From: Bythopirellula sp.
GTDB lineage: Bacteria; Planctomycetota; Planctomycetia; Pirellulales; Lacipirellulaceae
NCBI GenBank assembly: GCA_965216565.1
Contig: OZ244170.1
Span: forward strand, 3,488,001 to 3,552,000
Direction: 5' to 3'
DNA length: 64,000 nt
The translations under genes and the position numbers were made by a program. Numbering within the stretch: the stretch's first letter is position 1; the number at the start of each line of letters is the position of its first letter. Shown here piece by piece: positions 60,968 to 64,000 of the stretch. Under the pieces are notes generated by a model. It did not search any database. It was not told the origin of the DNA and saw only the letters and a program-made list of their open reading frames with translations.

Positions 60968-63148
60968 ATGGCAAACGCTTCGCACCATCAAATGTCGGCT
61001 ATCGATCGCCCCCTGGCGCTGCGTGCGCGACAAGACATTCAAACGGTAGAGGCTGCTTTCGTAGGCCAAGCTGCCTACGTGCTGAAGGATTCGCTGACAC
61101 TGGAACTCTTCCACCTGACCGCCGAAGAGTTTTTTCTGTTTCAGGCGGTCAAGGTTCGAACCACGCTTGGCCGACTGCGGCGTGAATTTGAACGACGTTT
61201 TGCACCTCGGCGGATCACCGAGCTGGCAATTCAAGAGGGATTGAACCAACTGCATAAACGAGGATTGCTTCTTAGCGAGGCTCCTGCGCAGGGGAAAGAG
61301 CTCTTGGAACGCAGCAGGGAACGTCAGAAACAAGAGTGGCTGCAAAGCTTCGTCAGCCTGCTTTCGTTTCGCCTGGGAAGTATTGATGCCACAGGGTTCA
61401 TTGATGGCATGTACCGTTGTGTTCGCTGGGCATTCTCGCTGCCGTGTTTGCTTATTGTCGCGGCAACGATGTTCTACGCCCTGCGAATTCTGTTTGTGGA
61501 GTTCAGTGAATTGACGGCCTCGCTCCCGGCCATGGCGGAATTAGCCCAGCCCAAATATTGGGCAATCTGGCTCACTACCGTCGCCATGGTGAAGGTTTTT
61601 CACGAACTGGGCCATGCGCTAGCTTGCAAACACTTTGGCGGACGTTGCCACGAAATTGGAGTGATCCTGTTGGCGTTCGTTCCCTGCTTATATTGCGATG
61701 TGTCGGACGTATGGCGGATGCCCAACAAATGGCACAGAATCGCCGTCTCCGCTGCAGGCATGGCGGTGGAATTGTTGATTGCTTCGCTCGCCCTGATTGC
61801 CTGGCATTATGCCGCGCCCGGTATTTTCCAGCTGTGGTGTTTGAGCTTGGTCCTGATCTGTTCGGTCACAACCCTATTTGTGAACGCCAATCCACTGCTC
61901 CGCTACGATGGCTATTACATTCTGTCCGATTTGGTGGAAGTGCCCAATCTCGCGACACGCGCTCAAAGTCTACTTAGCCAGCGGCTTACTGGATGGCTGC
62001 AAAATCAACCGCCTCAGCAAGACCCGTTGTTGAGTCCCGCACGTCGTCGAGCAGTGACACTCTATGCCATTGCCGCCAAAGTCTATCTCACATTGATCGT
62101 TCTGCTGATTTTCGCTGGACTGATTGCAGTAACTAGACCCTATCGCCTGGAAAACCTTATCTACACACTGGCTGCATTGACCCTGTGTGGCATGCTCGTC
62201 GCCCCGCTGATGAGCGTATGGAGACTCTGGAATAACCCCGTTTCGCGCTATCGATTGAGGATACCTCGAGCTCTGCTCCTAATGGTTTTGGTAGGTCTGC
62301 TGGGTGCCGGGGCATTTCTGTTTCCGATCGACCAATCGCTGACTGGGCCTGCCGTATTTGTTCCGCAGCAAGCTCAGACTATTTACGCAGCTACCGGTGG
62401 TCAGTTGGTGTTTGCTCAACCGGCTGGGACCGTCGTTGAGAAGGGAGAGGTTATCGCGCAATTGGTGGACACAGAGATCGATCTTGCAGTGGCTGAGCAG
62501 GAAGGCGAGTATCTGGTGCGTCAGGTCAGTTACGAACAGATCGAGACAATGCGTTCGTGGGATGAAACGGCCAGTGCCCGAGCCCCTACCGCCCGTGCGG
62601 CGTTGGCTGACGCTAAAGCCCAATTGGCGGAGCATCGCGAGCGGCAGGATGCACTAACACTTAGGGCTCCCACAGCGGGTGTGATTGTCGCGCCACCTGC
62701 GATTGAACCCAAAGCGAATACTCAAGGACAGCTGCGAAGTTGGATTGGCTCACCGCTGGAACCGAGAAACCGCGGTTGTTGGATCGAGCCAGGCACTATT
62801 ATTTGCAGTGTGGGTAACTCCAAAGATTTGAATGCCCTGGTGGCCATCGAAGAAACAGACGCGCCGGGAGTTTCGCCTGGAATGCAGGTACGAATTCTAG
62901 TCGAATCCTCACCCGTTCGTGTCGTCGAAGGTGTGGTTATCGACGTGGCCAAGCGCGGGAGTGCTCGATCAAGTGCTGCGTCGACCGGGGATCGGACAAA
63001 GGAACACTTAGCGGAGGTCCGACTAACGACCGACGATCCGCTTCTGATGATCGGCGCACGCGGTACTGCCAAGATCGAAGCGAGCCGTCGCACCCTGTGG
63101 CAGATTGCCTATCACGAAGTGCATGAAATGCTCAAGTTGCCTTGGTAG
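60968..63148 (+). CDS. M50 (site-2) membrane metallopeptidase fused to an HlyD-like adaptor, with N-terminal PqqD-like domain
   Basis: FHELGH, AAG and NANPLLRYDGYY motifs; multiple TMs; C-terminal lipoyl/coiled-coil/beta-barrel adaptor. Confidence 0.86.
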   Translation: MANASHHQMSAIDRPLALRARQDIQTVEAAFVGQAAYVLKDSLTLELFHLTAEEFFLFQAVKVRTTLGRLRREFERRFAPRRITELAIQEGLNQLHKRGLLLSEAPAQGKELLERSRERQKQEWLQSFVSLLSFRLGSIDATGFIDGMYRCVRWAFSLPCLLIVAATMFYALRILFVEFSELTASLPAMAELAQPKYWAIWLTTVAMVKVFHELGHALACKHFGGRCHEIGVILLAFVPCLYCDVSDVWRMPNKWHRIAVSAAGMAVELLIASLALIAWHYAAPGIFQLWCLSLVLICSVTTLFVNANPLLRYDGYYILSDLVEVPNLATRAQSLLSQRLTGWLQNQPPQQDPLLSPARRRAVTLYAIAAKVYLTLIVLLIFAGLIAVTRPYRLENLIYTLAALTLCGMLVAPLMSVWRLWNNPVSRYRLRIPRALLLMVLVGLLGAGAFLFPIDQSLTGPAVFVPQQAQTIYAATGGQLVFAQPAGTVVEKGEVIAQLVDTEIDLAVAEQEGEYLVRQVSYEQIETMRSWDETASARAPTARAALADAKAQLAEHRERQDALTLRAPTAGVIVAPPAIEPKANTQGQLRSWIGSPLEPRNRGCWIEPGTIICSVGNSKDLNALVAIEETDAPGVSPGMQVRILVESSPVRVVEGVVIDVAKRGSARSSAASTGDRTKEHLAEVRLTTDDPLLMIGARGTAKIEASRRTLWQIAYHEVHEMLKLPW

Positions 63149-63151
63149 TCG

Positions 63152-64000
63152 CTACGGCACGAGCGCCACAAGCCCGACAATGACCGCTGCTTCGAAGACA
63201 CCTGCCGCGACATGACGTGGAGGATGATGCCAACGGTAAGGGACACAATCGCCGGGTCGATAATGCCCCAAGGTGTAGATGCATTCGCAGGGCGGTCGCG
63301 CGACCATCAAATACGGTAGCGCGGGAATTGTGGCTAGGAATCGCCCTGCTGAGATAAAAGGCTGGACGCAATGACCACGTGTGTATCCATAGCGCTCGGC
63401 GTTGACTTCTTCGAAATAGAGCGGTCGATGATGCATACAAGTGGCAGCCCAGTGCTTTTCGTAAACCGCCCAACCGCAAGTAAGACGTGTATCGCCCACC
63501 GGCATGCTGGTGCGTCGACACTGTGCGGCGATGTCTTCCGGTAGTTTGCCAGCTGGGGCGGCAATGCCTACACGCACTGAAGAGATCGGAACGGCAACGA
63601 AACAAGGATCTCGCTGGACCTGTCCGGCTTCGATCTGTTCTTGATTGTTTTCTGCACCCGGCCCCACCGCATCTTGGAGCATCGCCAGATGATGCTGTTC
63701 CTCTAGCGATCCCTGCAGCGAAGTCAATTCAGTGCACCAGCGGGCAGCCATGTGGACAATAGGTTCCCAATCGAGAGCAGGGGTTACACCCAGATTCCGC
63801 AGTTCGCTAGCATGTCGTTGCTGTAGACGACCGGCAGGACTAGCAAGCTGGAATTCGGAATCGCGGCTTACGAAATCATTGGCAGAAGGCTGACTATTGG
63901 CAGTGGCAGGCCATAAGGTAACGCAAGCAAGTGCCAGCGCAATCCCTCGGAGCCATGTGTTTGCCCGACGACCGGAACAGCGGGGTAAGTTGCATGCGGG
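63152..64000 (-). CDS. Secreted Cys-rich hypothetical protein (HRPLYFEE...ERYG motif); 5' end beyond the window
   Basis: The frame stays open from 63751 to 64000 and adds a signal-like RRANTWLRGIALALACVTLWPATANS segment. Confidence 0.72.
   Translation of the reverse strand, partial: PACNLPRCSGRRANTWLRGIALALACVTLWPATANSQPSANDFVSRDSEFQLASPAGRLQQRHASELRNLGVTPALDWEPIVHMAARWCTELTSLQGSLEEQHHLAMLQDAVGPGAENNQEQIEAGQVQRDPCFVAVPISSVRVGIAAPAGKLPEDIAAQCRRTSMPVGDTRLTCGWAVYEKHWAATCMHHRPLYFEEVNAERYGYTRGHCVQPFISAGRFLATIPALPYLMVARPPCECIYTLGHYRPGDCVPYRWHHPPRHVAAGVFEAAVIVGLVALVP

Overview
A 64-kb, mostly core-genome segment from a Planctomycete. The assignment is an inference from the SHD1, DUF1570-like and PEP-CTERM/dockerin-tailed proteins, and the lineage looks Pirellulales/Lacipirellulaceae-like. 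Housekeeping genes are ubiX (partial), ubiE/menG, a comB-like phosphatase, an alpha2-type glycyl-tRNA synthetase split by a 1-nt frameshift, a Rieske plus cytochrome b/di-haem c fusion, an nrnA-like DHH gene, a ferredoxin, P-II, glnE, miaB, pepF, fabH, pyrE, glyA and tRNA-His. Accessory content is two small toxin-antitoxin pairs, a class III adenylate cyclase, a HerA/DUF87-like ATPase, a peroxiredoxin bracketed by direct REP-like repeats, and several families of intergenic palindromic repeats. At the right end is a TolC + GAF-HlyD + HlyD + M50 peptidase-HlyD export cluster with no ABC or RND pump visible in the window; this is the best candidate for a poorly described system. No CRISPR array, rRNA, integrase or transposase was seen. 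All family calls come from motif recognition by eye, not from database searches.
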